From Armatimonadota bacterium (GTDB lineage: Bacteria; Armatimonadota; Zipacnadia; JAUWAU01), in assembly GCA_030601885.1 (NCBI GenBank), contig JAUWAU010000022.1, forward strand, positions 6,175 through 70,174: DNA of 64,000 nucleotides. Reading direction: 5' to 3'. Under the pieces are notes generated by a model. It had not been told where the DNA came from and searched no databases. It saw nothing but the letters and a program-made list of their open reading frames with translations. Numbering within the stretch: the first letter of the stretch is position 1; the number at the start of each line of letters is the position of its first letter. Below, one piece after another: positions 18,106 to 25,274 of the stretch. Both the position numbers and the translations under genes were made by a program.

Positions 18106-20600
18106 GTTTCGCCACCGCTTCCGCCCTGATTTGGCCGCCCGCCGGGGTCTGCGATGCTCCCTTCGCCCCCGCTATGTTCCACACGCACGCGCGAGCCCCT
18201 CCCCTGCCCCGAGCTGCGGGCTGCTGCCGTGTCCAGGTGAGGGCGTAGGGTGTAGAACGGGAAGAAGCCTGCTGCTGAGAGGCCCTCTTCCTGAGCTGCT
18301 CTGAGGTGGCGGGCGATCACGGCGTCGGCGTGGACATATGACGGGTCCGCGCGCTGGATGTAGGTCACGCCGAGCATGGGGTAGATGCGGCTGGTGTCGC
18401 CGCCGAGCTCGCGATCGGCGATGATCCGCAGGCCGCGGCACTGGGCGCGGAAGAACGGCGTGCTCGGGGTGTACATGCCGACGGCCACGAAGTCCATGAT
18501 GCCCTCGCGCAGCCAGCGGGGCCAGTCCTGCCCGGCGCGGTCCTTGTCCGGCCCAAACCGCCCCCAGACGTAGCCGCTGAACTTCGCGTCGGAGCGGGCG
18601 CGGCGCAGCGCCTCCCGCAGCTCTCGCATGTACTCGGTGATGCTGTCGCGCTTCCAGTTGATCCAGTCGGGGTCGTAAGTATCCACGTCTTCGATCGGCT
18701 TGCCGTACTTCGCCTCGAACCCTTTTGCGCAGAGCGGGCCGAAGCAGCCCCCGCCCGGGCGGCAGTGATCCAGCGAGACGCCGGCAACTTCGTACCGCTC
18801 GACGATCTCAGCCAGCAGCGACGCGTGATACGCGCGCACCTCCGGGTTGTTGTAGCAGTACCAGCCGTTCGGCTTGCTGCCGCGGTCGAGCGCGGCCCAA
18901 TCCGGCTGGGCTTTGAGGTCGGCCTCGTGGGCCATGCCGATCTCGTACGCAGCGTAGATCTCGACTCCCTGCCTGCGGCCTTCTTCGACGGCGACTTGCA
19001 TTCGGTCCCACTTGGCCTCGACGTTGGGGGCGATGCGGCTCGGGTATACGGTCTCCTTGCTGGTCCGTGCGTGTATCAGCAGCTTGCCTACGCCTGCAGC
19101 CTTGGCATCGGCGACCAGGCGGCGCGTGCTGTCGGGGCCGTGAGCGGCGCCCGGGGCGAGGGAATACGTGGGATAGCCCCAGCCGAGGAGTTCGAGAGGT
19201 GGCAAGTCAGGCGGATAGGCGGGCGGCCGGGATGCCGTCACCGGTACCGTCACGTCTATGGTCTCTCGCCTTTTGCCGGCGAGGGTTGCTACGTACACGA
19301 CCGCACGTACTCGGATGGAGGCGGGCATCGTTCCCGGGAAACGGGCGAGATAGTCGCCCGTCGGCACGCCGTCGATGCCGACCTCCGGGTGGGCCGCCAC
19401 GCACGTGCCGCCAGACTCCGCGCTCGGCCACAGGCGGTACAATGGAACGCTATTGGCCCGAGCATCTATGAGCCGCGGCCGGATTCTGACCGCGCCGACA
19501 TCGCCGCGTGCGGAGACAGAGAACCGGTACGACGTGAGATCGGCCAGTGAGAAGGGCGCCGCAACGCCGGTAGGCCCCAGGAAGCTGCTCAGGCGCGTCA
19601 CCTCGACCGTGTCCCAGTAGTTGAACGTCTGGCCCGTCTTGGCGTCGCGATACGGCTCGCCCTCGGGCTTCTCGGTGCTGTACACCAGGAAGCGCTTGCT
19701 GTACTCCGTGAGGAAGACGTATCCGCCGGGCGCCAAGTCGGAGGCTCTGTCGGAGAAGCCGCACATTCGCCCTTGCAGGTGGGTGCCGTGTCGCGACAGG
19801 TCGAGTCGCTCGTCCGTGTGTATCTGGGCCAACTCGCGCCGCTCGGGACAGTAGAGCGTCCAGTACTGGGAGCCCCACGCGGAAGTGAGGTAGACCGGGG
19901 CCGGTCGGTGCACGACTATGGAGAACCACAAGCGGAGGTTGGTTTGATTCCTGCCACCCAGGTGGAATACGTGCGCATTCCCCCACGGCCTGAAGTCGGT
20001 GAACCTGAATATGGGCCAGTCGGTGAACCGCCCCGCGCTGCCGGTAACGGCGAGCGGGATCTTCTTGCGCGGCACACGCGGCAGGTCCACTGGCGGGCCG
20101 AGGTACAGGTCGTCGATGTAGATGGAGCCCTCGCAGCCGCGCAGATAGACGCTGGGCCGAATGCGGACGATAGGCGCCCTGGGCTTCCAGCGATGCTCGC
20201 GGTACACCCAGCTTCCCATCTCGGATGCGTCGATCTGGAAGTGCCCGTACCACGACAGCGTCGTCCCATCGGCCATATCCGTTGGGAAGGTCACGCCGCC
20301 GCGTATGGGCCCGATCTGGCGCCGGGCGTCGAACCGCATCCAGAAGGCGGCCATGACCATCTCGGGCTCGGTCTGGTTGAGCTCGATGGGCTCGCCGTAC
20401 CGGGCGCTGACGCTCAGCTCGTCCGCCGGCTCGTCGAGGCGAAGGGCCCCCTTGCCGGAGTGGACAATGTCCCGCTCGATGGCCGCCCCGTCCCACCGCA
20501 GCGGCTCCTCGGTCTCGAAGTCGGCGTTTTCGATCCAGTTCTCAGCCAGCGCCGGCAGCCCGGCGCAGACGGCGAGTGCGGTGAGCGCGATGAGGCGCAT
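18102..20600 (-). CDS. Secreted glycoside-hydrolase-like protein (GHL10/DUF187-type TIM barrel at the C-terminus)
   Basis: MRLIALTALAVCAGLPALA is a signal peptide (ATG at 20598-20600). The C-terminal half (LLIHARTS...EIYAAYE...YCYNNPEVRAYH...VSLDHCR...FVAVGMY) resembles glycosyl hydrolase-like family 10. The last 45 or so codons are low-complexity, and the stop overlaps the next start (ATGA). Confidence 0.6.
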   Translation of the reverse strand: MRLIALTALAVCAGLPALAENWIENADFETEEPLRWDGAAIERDIVHSGKGALRLDEPADELSVSARYGEPIELNQTEPEMVMAAFWMRFDARRQIGPIRGGVTFPTDMADGTTLSWYGHFQIDASEMGSWVYREHRWKPRAPIVRIRPSVYLRGCEGSIYIDDLYLGPPVDLPRVPRKKIPLAVTGSAGRFTDWPIFRFTDFRPWGNAHVFHLGGRNQTNLRLWFSIVVHRPAPVYLTSAWGSQYWTLYCPERRELAQIHTDERLDLSRHGTHLQGRMCGFSDRASDLAPGGYVFLTEYSKRFLVYSTEKPEGEPYRDAKTGQTFNYWDTVEVTRLSSFLGPTGVAAPFSLADLTSYRFSVSARGDVGAVRIRPRLIDARANSVPLYRLWPSAESGGTCVAAHPEVGIDGVPTGDYLARFPGTMPASIRVRAVVYVATLAGKRRETIDVTVPVTASRPPAYPPDLPPLELLGWGYPTYSLAPGAAHGPDSTRRLVADAKAAGVGKLLIHARTSKETVYPSRIAPNVEAKWDRMQVAVEEGRRQGVEIYAAYEIGMAHEADLKAQPDWAALDRGSKPNGWYCYNNPEVRAYHASLLAEIVERYEVAGVSLDHCRPGGGCFGPLCAKGFEAKYGKPIEDVDTYDPDWINWKRDSITEYMRELREALRRARSDAKFSGYVWGRFGPDKDRAGQDWPRWLREGIMDFVAVGMYTPSTPFFRAQCRGLRIIADRELGGDTSRIYPMLGVTYIQRADPSYVHADAVIARHLRAAQEEGLSAAGFFPFYTLRPHLDTAAARSSGQGRGSRVRVEHSGGEGSIADPGGRPNQGGSGGET

Positions 20601-20824
20601 CGGGATTCTCTCCTCGGCGGCGGACGGGATTGTGCTGAGCATCTGAGGCGCGCCGGGACTCCCCGCTTCAAACCGGGCTCTCCCCTCCGTGCCCCTCCAT
20701 CATATATGGTCAACTGGACCTGACCTTGTCAACTCAAAGGCGGGACATCGTACCCGTGGGGGCTGTGGGCGGTTCTTCGACGACGGCACCGGCGGAGGGA
20801 AAAGACGGGGCCGCGAGTCCGGGA

Positions 20825-23011
20825 TTACAGGTCTTTGAGTTCCTGGAGGACTCTGTCGATGACTTCGTCCAGGGACATCTGCTGCTCCTCCGTCTCGATC
20901 TGGCTGAAGCGCTCCTGGCCGATGAGATCGGCGATGCTTTGGCAGTCGGCCTCGGCCCGCTCCCGCTCGGCCATGCCGATTTCGTCCATGAGGCGACGGG
21001 CGGCACAGATCGCCAGCGCAGCCGTCTCGGGCCGGTCCACTTGCTCGGCTAGCATGGCCATCTGGCCAAGCGAGGTCGCGATGCCGGCCCGGTTGCCCAG
21101 CTCGCGGTTGATTTGCAGGCCCATTTCGTAGTAGCGCTGGGCCTCGGCGTGGTTGTCCTGCAACTCCTCGATTCGGCCCAGTTGGTGGAGGGTGCTGGCG
21201 ACGCGGCCCCGGTCGCCCAGCTCCCTGGCGATCTGCAGGCTTTCCCCGTAGTGGCGCTGGGCTTCGGCGTAGTTGCCCTGGCGCTGCTGGATGGTGCCCA
21301 GTTGGTGGAGGGTGCTGGCGACGCCGCCCCGGTCGCCCAGCTCCCTGGCGATCTGCAGGCTCTCCTCGTAGTGTCGCTGGGCTTCGGAATAGTTGCCGTG
21401 GTACTGCTGCACGGTGCCGAGTTGGTGGAGGCAGATGGCAATGCCAGCCTGGTGGCCCACCTCGCGGGCAATCTCCAGGCCCTCTTCGTAGCAGCGTTGG
21501 GCTTCGGCGTAGTTGCCCTGCTGCTGCTCGACGGTGCCGAGTTGGTTATGGGCGGCGGCAATGCTGGCCCGGTTGCCGACCTCGCGGGCGATCTCCAGGC
21601 TCTCTTCGTAGTAGCGCCGAGCGTCGGCGTACTTGCCCCGCAGCTGCTGAACCATGCCCAGTTGGTTGAGGCTCCTGGCGGCGCTGGCCTGGTCGCCAAG
21701 CTCGCGGAAGATCTCCAGGCTCTCCTCGTAGTAGCGCTGGGCTTCGGAGTAGTTGCCCAGGTTCTGCTGGGCGATCCCGGCGTTGTGGAGGACGGCGGCG
21801 CGGATCGGGGGATCGGTCGCCAGGGCGGATTCCTGGCCAATCCGCGCCAACAAGTGCCAGTGGCCCCAGCGGTGCAGCATCTCCCAGGTGTCGGTGAATA
21901 TGCGTGCGGCCTCGTCGTGCTTGCCGGCTTCGTGGAAGTGCTCGCGGGCGCGCAGTGCGTTCCGGATGTCCTCGATGCTCGTCGGCTCGCCGTCCGTGGT
22001 CTCAGCCCGCTTGACGTAGAACTGTGCCGCCCGCAGGTGCAGGCTCTTGTGATGCGCCGGGTCACCCTTGAGCTCGGTCTCGTGGATGTACTCGGCGCAG
22101 GTGGGGTGGTACAGGCGTGCCTCGGCGGCGTCTTCATCGAAGATCGCCGGCGAGAGGTCCAGCTTCGTTCTGTCGGTCTCCAGTATCGCGGCCAGGTCCG
22201 TGAGGGATACCGGCTCTCCGAGCACCGCGAGCATTTCCGCGCAGGGGCGCTGGCTCGGGGTCAGCTTTGTGTAAGCGCCGTGGTATTGGTCCGCGAGCGT
22301 CCGCGGGATCTCCGTGAGGAGGTCGCCAAGGGTGTCGGCCTCGGCCATCGCCAGGTAGAGCCGTCCGGGGTCTCCCTCCCAGCGTTCGTCCACTTGTGGG
22401 TCCCAGTCGCCGTACTTGCGGCGGACCAAGTCCTCGGTCTGCTCGGGCGTGAAGCGGTCGAGCGAGACGAAGGTCGCGTCATCACGGATGTGTTCGTTCA
22501 GGTCCACATCGGCCCGAGTCTCGTCGCGAATGCCGATGACGATGGTGGCAGAAGTTCGCCTCAAGATGTCCCAGAGGAGGTCGAGTATGTCCTGCTTGTC
22601 GGCGACCTCCCTGATGCCGTCGAGGTAGATGGGCGTTTCGGCCTTGCCGAGGAGGTCGAGGAACTGCTCGAGGATGTGCCGCCTCTCTGTCGTGATGGCC
22701 TCGACGGCCTCGTCGCCCTTGAAGATGCTAGCCAGGCCCTTGGCGACCTTTTGCATCGTCTCCCAGACCTTATGCACTAGCCGTGGGCGCTTCCCCATTG
22801 CCTCCGCCAGCCGGATGCGGATGGACTCGGGCAGGTCGGACCCGTGGAACTCGAAGTAGACGCCGCGGCCGTCCTCGGCGAGCTTCTTCAGCAAGGTCGT
22901 CTTCCCGCAGCGCGCCGGGCCGTGGAGGACGACGATGCCGGAGGCCCTGACGAGGGCGTCGTATTCGTCTTCGCGGTGAACGAGGTAGCGGGATTCTCTT
23001 TGCGGCGGCAC
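20825..23011 (-). CDS. P-loop NTPase (STAND/AAA-type) fused to a six-unit TPR array; no recognisable effector domain
   Basis: Walker A VLHGPARCGKTTLLKKL lies about 25 aa from the N-terminus. Walker B-like TPIYLDGIRE. Then six 40-aa TPR units (GNYAEAQRHYEESLQIARELGDR...LHQLG). The likely start is GTG at 23011, 8 nt after GGAGAG; GTG at 23020 is an alternative. The track ORF extension to 23470 was rejected. Confidence 0.75.
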   Translation of the reverse strand: MPPQRESRYLVHREDEYDALVRASGIVVLHGPARCGKTTLLKKLAEDGRGVYFEFHGSDLPESIRIRLAEAMGKRPRLVHKVWETMQKVAKGLASIFKGDEAVEAITTERRHILEQFLDLLGKAETPIYLDGIREVADKQDILDLLWDILRRTSATIVIGIRDETRADVDLNEHIRDDATFVSLDRFTPEQTEDLVRRKYGDWDPQVDERWEGDPGRLYLAMAEADTLGDLLTEIPRTLADQYHGAYTKLTPSQRPCAEMLAVLGEPVSLTDLAAILETDRTKLDLSPAIFDEDAAEARLYHPTCAEYIHETELKGDPAHHKSLHLRAAQFYVKRAETTDGEPTSIEDIRNALRAREHFHEAGKHDEAARIFTDTWEMLHRWGHWHLLARIGQESALATDPPIRAAVLHNAGIAQQNLGNYSEAQRYYEESLEIFRELGDQASAARSLNQLGMVQQLRGKYADARRYYEESLEIAREVGNRASIAAAHNQLGTVEQQQGNYAEAQRCYEEGLEIAREVGHQAGIAICLHQLGTVQQYHGNYSEAQRHYEESLQIARELGDRGGVASTLHQLGTIQQRQGNYAEAQRHYGESLQIARELGDRGRVASTLHQLGRIEELQDNHAEAQRYYEMGLQINRELGNRAGIATSLGQMAMLAEQVDRPETAALAICAARRLMDEIGMAERERAEADCQSIADLIGQERFSQIETEEQQMSLDEVIDRVLQELKDL
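21044..21780. repeat. Tandem 120-bp coding repeats (TPR units), two of them nearly identical at DNA level
   Basis: The sequence lines phase exactly every 120 nt. 21181-21240 and 21301-21360 differ at a single position (acgcggcccc vs acgccgcccc). Confidence 0.85.
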
Positions 23012-23058
23012 GGCGGCCACTCTCCGTGTGTGATGCTGTGAGTGCTTGACAGGTTGGC

Positions 23059-23087
23059 AGTGTAGCAGAAGGTGAGGTGGGGAGCAA
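23059..23087 (-). promoter_or_regulatory. Candidate sigma70-type promoter for the NTPase-TPR gene
   Basis: The minus strand reads TTGCTC, a 17-nt spacer, then TACACT, about 45 nt upstream of the proposed GTG start. Confidence 0.3.
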
Positions 23088-23123
23088 GACGGCAGTGGTT
23101 GGTGGATAGTGATTAGTGATAGT

Positions 23124-23146
23124 GAATTCCGGGGACATATAATGCC
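23124..23146. repeat. REP-like repeat copy A (left arm flanking the RAYT remnant)
   Basis: GAATTCCGGGGACATATAATGCC is the inverted partner of 23466-23490. The core is CCGGGGACATA(TA)ATGCC. Confidence 0.7.
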
Positions 23147-23189
23147 AATTTCTTGACATTCCACCCGGTGCCCTGCGACTCTGGCCCTT

Positions 23190-23466
23190 GTGGCACGGAT
23201 AGCGAGAGTTGTGCTTCCTGGAGTCGCCCACCACGTTACCCAGCGCGGCGTGCGGTCCCAGTTGCGTGCGATGCCGAGGAGCTTGTGGGGATACGGGACT
23301 GGCGGGAGTTGTTGCGAGCGATCCGGCGGAGGTGGCCAAGCTGCGGGAGAAGAGCCGGAGGGGTCGCCCGTGCGGGAACGAGGAGTTCGTGCGTTGGGCC
23401 GAGGGCGTGACGGGCCGTCGTCTGCAGCTGCTCTCCCCGGGCCGCCCCCGCAAAGGGGAGAAATAG
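23190..23466 (+). pseudogene. Remnant of a REP-associated tyrosine transposase (RAYT / IS200-like Y1 transposase), internally deleted and frameshifted
   Basis: Frame 0 starts MARIARVVLPGVAHHVTQRG, a typical RAYT N-terminus. Frame +1 ends ...RRGRPCGNEEFVRWAEGVTGRRLQLLSPGRPRKGEK, a typical RAYT C-terminal tail. Only about 92 codons remain in total, and the HUH/Tyr catalytic core is missing. Confidence 0.65.
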
Positions 23467-23490
23467 GCATTATGTCCCCGGATTTCCGTG
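23466..23490. repeat. REP-like repeat copy B (right arm flanking the RAYT remnant); overlaps the last codons and stop of the TIR gene
   Basis: GGCATTATGTCCCCGGATTTCCGTG; its reverse complement CACGGAAATCCGGGGACATAATGCC matches copy A. Confidence 0.7.
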
Positions 23491-24762
23491 TTTCTTCATG
23501 AAATCGGGCCCGGGGAGCTCAGCAAAGTCGGTCACGACCTCCTGCACTCGTTCCGGAGATGCCTCACCATGGCGAGCCACAAGCTTACGCAGGCTCTTAC
23601 TGATAATGTGGGTCGCCACGTAGTCCGGATCGCCGAAGATGCTTTCCAGACCGGCTGATGCTATGGCGCAGCCCAATGTCCCTATGGCCCGATCTGCGAT
23701 GGGGGCAGCACGATAGGCCTGCGAATCCGCGGTCTTCACCAGGAGTCTAACATATTGCGGCCAGAGGCTGCGGGGCATCGCCGCGGCTGCCGCCACAAGT
23801 CCGCCCGTGAGCTTGTTCATCGCGTCGAACTGGCAACTGTCGATGAGAGATATCACATCCACGAACAGCATGTGGAGAACGTGCTCCTCCGATGTGGCCA
23901 GCAATTCGGATTCGAGACATGAGAGGGCGTCGGCCTTTACGTCTAGGGAGCCGCTCAACACTACGCGCCGAGTCGCTTGTGTCATCAGGACGCCAACTCG
24001 GTCACGCCGGAGGAGTTGTGCATCCCCTGCTACCTGAGAGATGAACGAAAGCGCCAGTCGTCGCGTGCTTGAGTCGTCGTCGCAAACGTGGGGCGATACC
24101 AAGTCTATCACGGCCGCCCGGTCGCTCTCCGATAGTAGCGACAGCCTAGCGTTGATGCCATCGCCGTGGGCTTCCCAGCGGAGGATCGTTCGGGCTGTCT
24201 CCCTCGCCAGGCAGCTGGGCTGGGGCAACGACACATCTGGCGGATGCCTCAGCTTGGCAGTGCCCTGGGCTGCGGGGCCGGGCGCTCGTGCGTCCTGGCT
24301 TTGGAGGGGGATGGGTTGGGACGCGCCGTCGCGGGGACGGCGAGCCTCGGCCACGATGGCGTTCAGGAGGCCCTGGTAGGCTTCGCTGTAGGGGTTGGTA
24401 GCGAAGTCGGCGTACTTGCGAGCCTTGAGGTAGCCGGGGAGGTTGCAGTCCTCGATGACGCAGGCCAGGATGAACCGCTTCTTCTTCTCGCGGATTTGCC
24501 TCTCGATGGCCTCCCGGAGCTCCTCCTGAATCCACGGGCGCTTGACCGAGGCCTTGGAGAGGACGGCGATGACGAAGTGCGCCTCGCCGATGGCGGTCTG
24601 GATCTCGTCGGGAATGGAGTCGCCGATGTGCAGTTTGGCTTCGTCGGTCCATACCTGACAGCCATCGCGCTCGAGATCGGCCCCGAGCTTCTCGACGAAT
24701 TCGTGGTCGGCGCTTGTGTGGCTGATAAACACCTTGGGCCTTGTTGGTTGGTCAGGATGCAT
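23470..24762 (-). CDS. TIR-domain protein with an uncharacterised, about 270-aa alpha-helical C-terminal region
   Basis: MHPDQPTRPKVFISHTSADHEFVEKLGADLERDGCQVWTDE...HFVIAVLSKASVKRPWIQEELREAI is a TIR fold with the W-x-x-E-E-L putative catalytic Glu retained. ATG at 24760-24762. GC looks lower than in the neighbours. Confidence 0.8.
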   Translation of the reverse strand: MHPDQPTRPKVFISHTSADHEFVEKLGADLERDGCQVWTDEAKLHIGDSIPDEIQTAIGEAHFVIAVLSKASVKRPWIQEELREAIERQIREKKKRFILACVIEDCNLPGYLKARKYADFATNPYSEAYQGLLNAIVAEARRPRDGASQPIPLQSQDARAPGPAAQGTAKLRHPPDVSLPQPSCLARETARTILRWEAHGDGINARLSLLSESDRAAVIDLVSPHVCDDDSSTRRLALSFISQVAGDAQLLRRDRVGVLMTQATRRVVLSGSLDVKADALSCLESELLATSEEHVLHMLFVDVISLIDSCQFDAMNKLTGGLVAAAAAMPRSLWPQYVRLLVKTADSQAYRAAPIADRAIGTLGCAIASAGLESIFGDPDYVATHIISKSLRKLVARHGEASPERVQEVVTDFAELPGPDFMKKHGNPGT

Positions 24763-24825
24763 GGCACCGGGCCTCAGAAAGCGTTCTGTATAGCAATGCG
24801 ATTGTATGTAGGAGATTCGACGGAG

Positions 24826-24849
24826 CACGCGGGTGGGCCTGCCCGCGTG
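24826..24849. promoter_or_regulatory. Perfect 8-bp inverted repeat (CACGCGGG-N8-CCCGCGTG) upstream of the TIR gene
   Basis: Read directly at 24826-24849, which is 64-87 nt upstream of the TIR start. It could be an operator, or a terminator insulating the gene from the repeats. Confidence 0.3.
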
Positions 24850-24884
24850 ATGGCAGTGGGCACTGGCTAGTGATCAGTGAGATG

Positions 24885-25005
24885 CGGGGACAGCAACGGC
24901 GGGAGGGAGCGGTGATGGCGGGTTGGGCGAGGAGAGCGAGGGGCTCGGTGAGCGATGGTCACGGTGTAGGGCGGAATTGGATGGCAGTCCCCGTTTCTCC
25001 GCGTG
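24885..25005. repeat. Degenerate REPIN-like inverted pair (copies E/F)
   Basis: GCGGGGACAGC at 24884-24894 and CAGTCCCCGTTTCTCCGCGTG at 24985-25005. The reverse complement of the latter, CACGCGGAGAAACGGGGACTG, resembles copy D. It is followed by ACGGAATCTT, as in the next unit. Confidence 0.4.
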
Positions 25006-25099
25006 GGTTGGCTCGCAGCAGACGGAATCTTTGAGGTGACCGTCATGTGGCGGGGGCGTACGCGGAAACCAGGAAGATGGGTGGGGCGACTGGGGGCCG

Positions 25100-25233
25100 G
25101 GAATTCGGGGACAGACAGCGAAATCCGCCGGGCGGCCTCGCGAGCACCTGTCTCGCCGGAGATGAGTTTGCCGGAGTGGGTTGGCACGGCCCTGGAGTGG
25201 GATTTCGTAGTCAGTCCCCGAATTTCCGGCGTG
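25100..25233. repeat. REPIN-like inverted repeat pair (copies C/D), about 29-nt arms separated by about 75 bp
   Basis: GGAATTCGGGGACAGACAGCGAAATC (25100-25125) pairs with GATTTCGTAGTCAGTCCCCGAATTTCCGGCGTG (25201-25233). The arms are complementary with a few mismatches. They share the core CGGGGAC(A/T) with copies A/B. Confidence 0.7.
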
Positions 25234-25274
25234 CGTTGATGTCGGTAGAACGGAATCTTCGAAGCAGCAGTTCT

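Noticed and set aside
21044-21780. Regular 120-bp periodic repeats: could they be a CRISPR array?
   Set aside because: The repeats are contiguous with no unique spacers and lie in-frame within a TPR-coding ORF. No cas genes are present.
21049-22780. Long alternative-frame ORFs (362 aa minus, 555 aa plus) inside the TPR gene
   Set aside because: These are frame and strand shadows of a periodic GC-rich repeat. Only the TPR frame gives a coherent repeat consensus.
23012-23470. N-terminal extension of the 881-aa ORF upstream of the NTPase-TPR gene
   Set aside because: It runs through the REP arms and antisense to the RAYT relic. It is Pro/Arg-rich with no homology pattern. A GTG with a good RBS sits just before the Walker A region.
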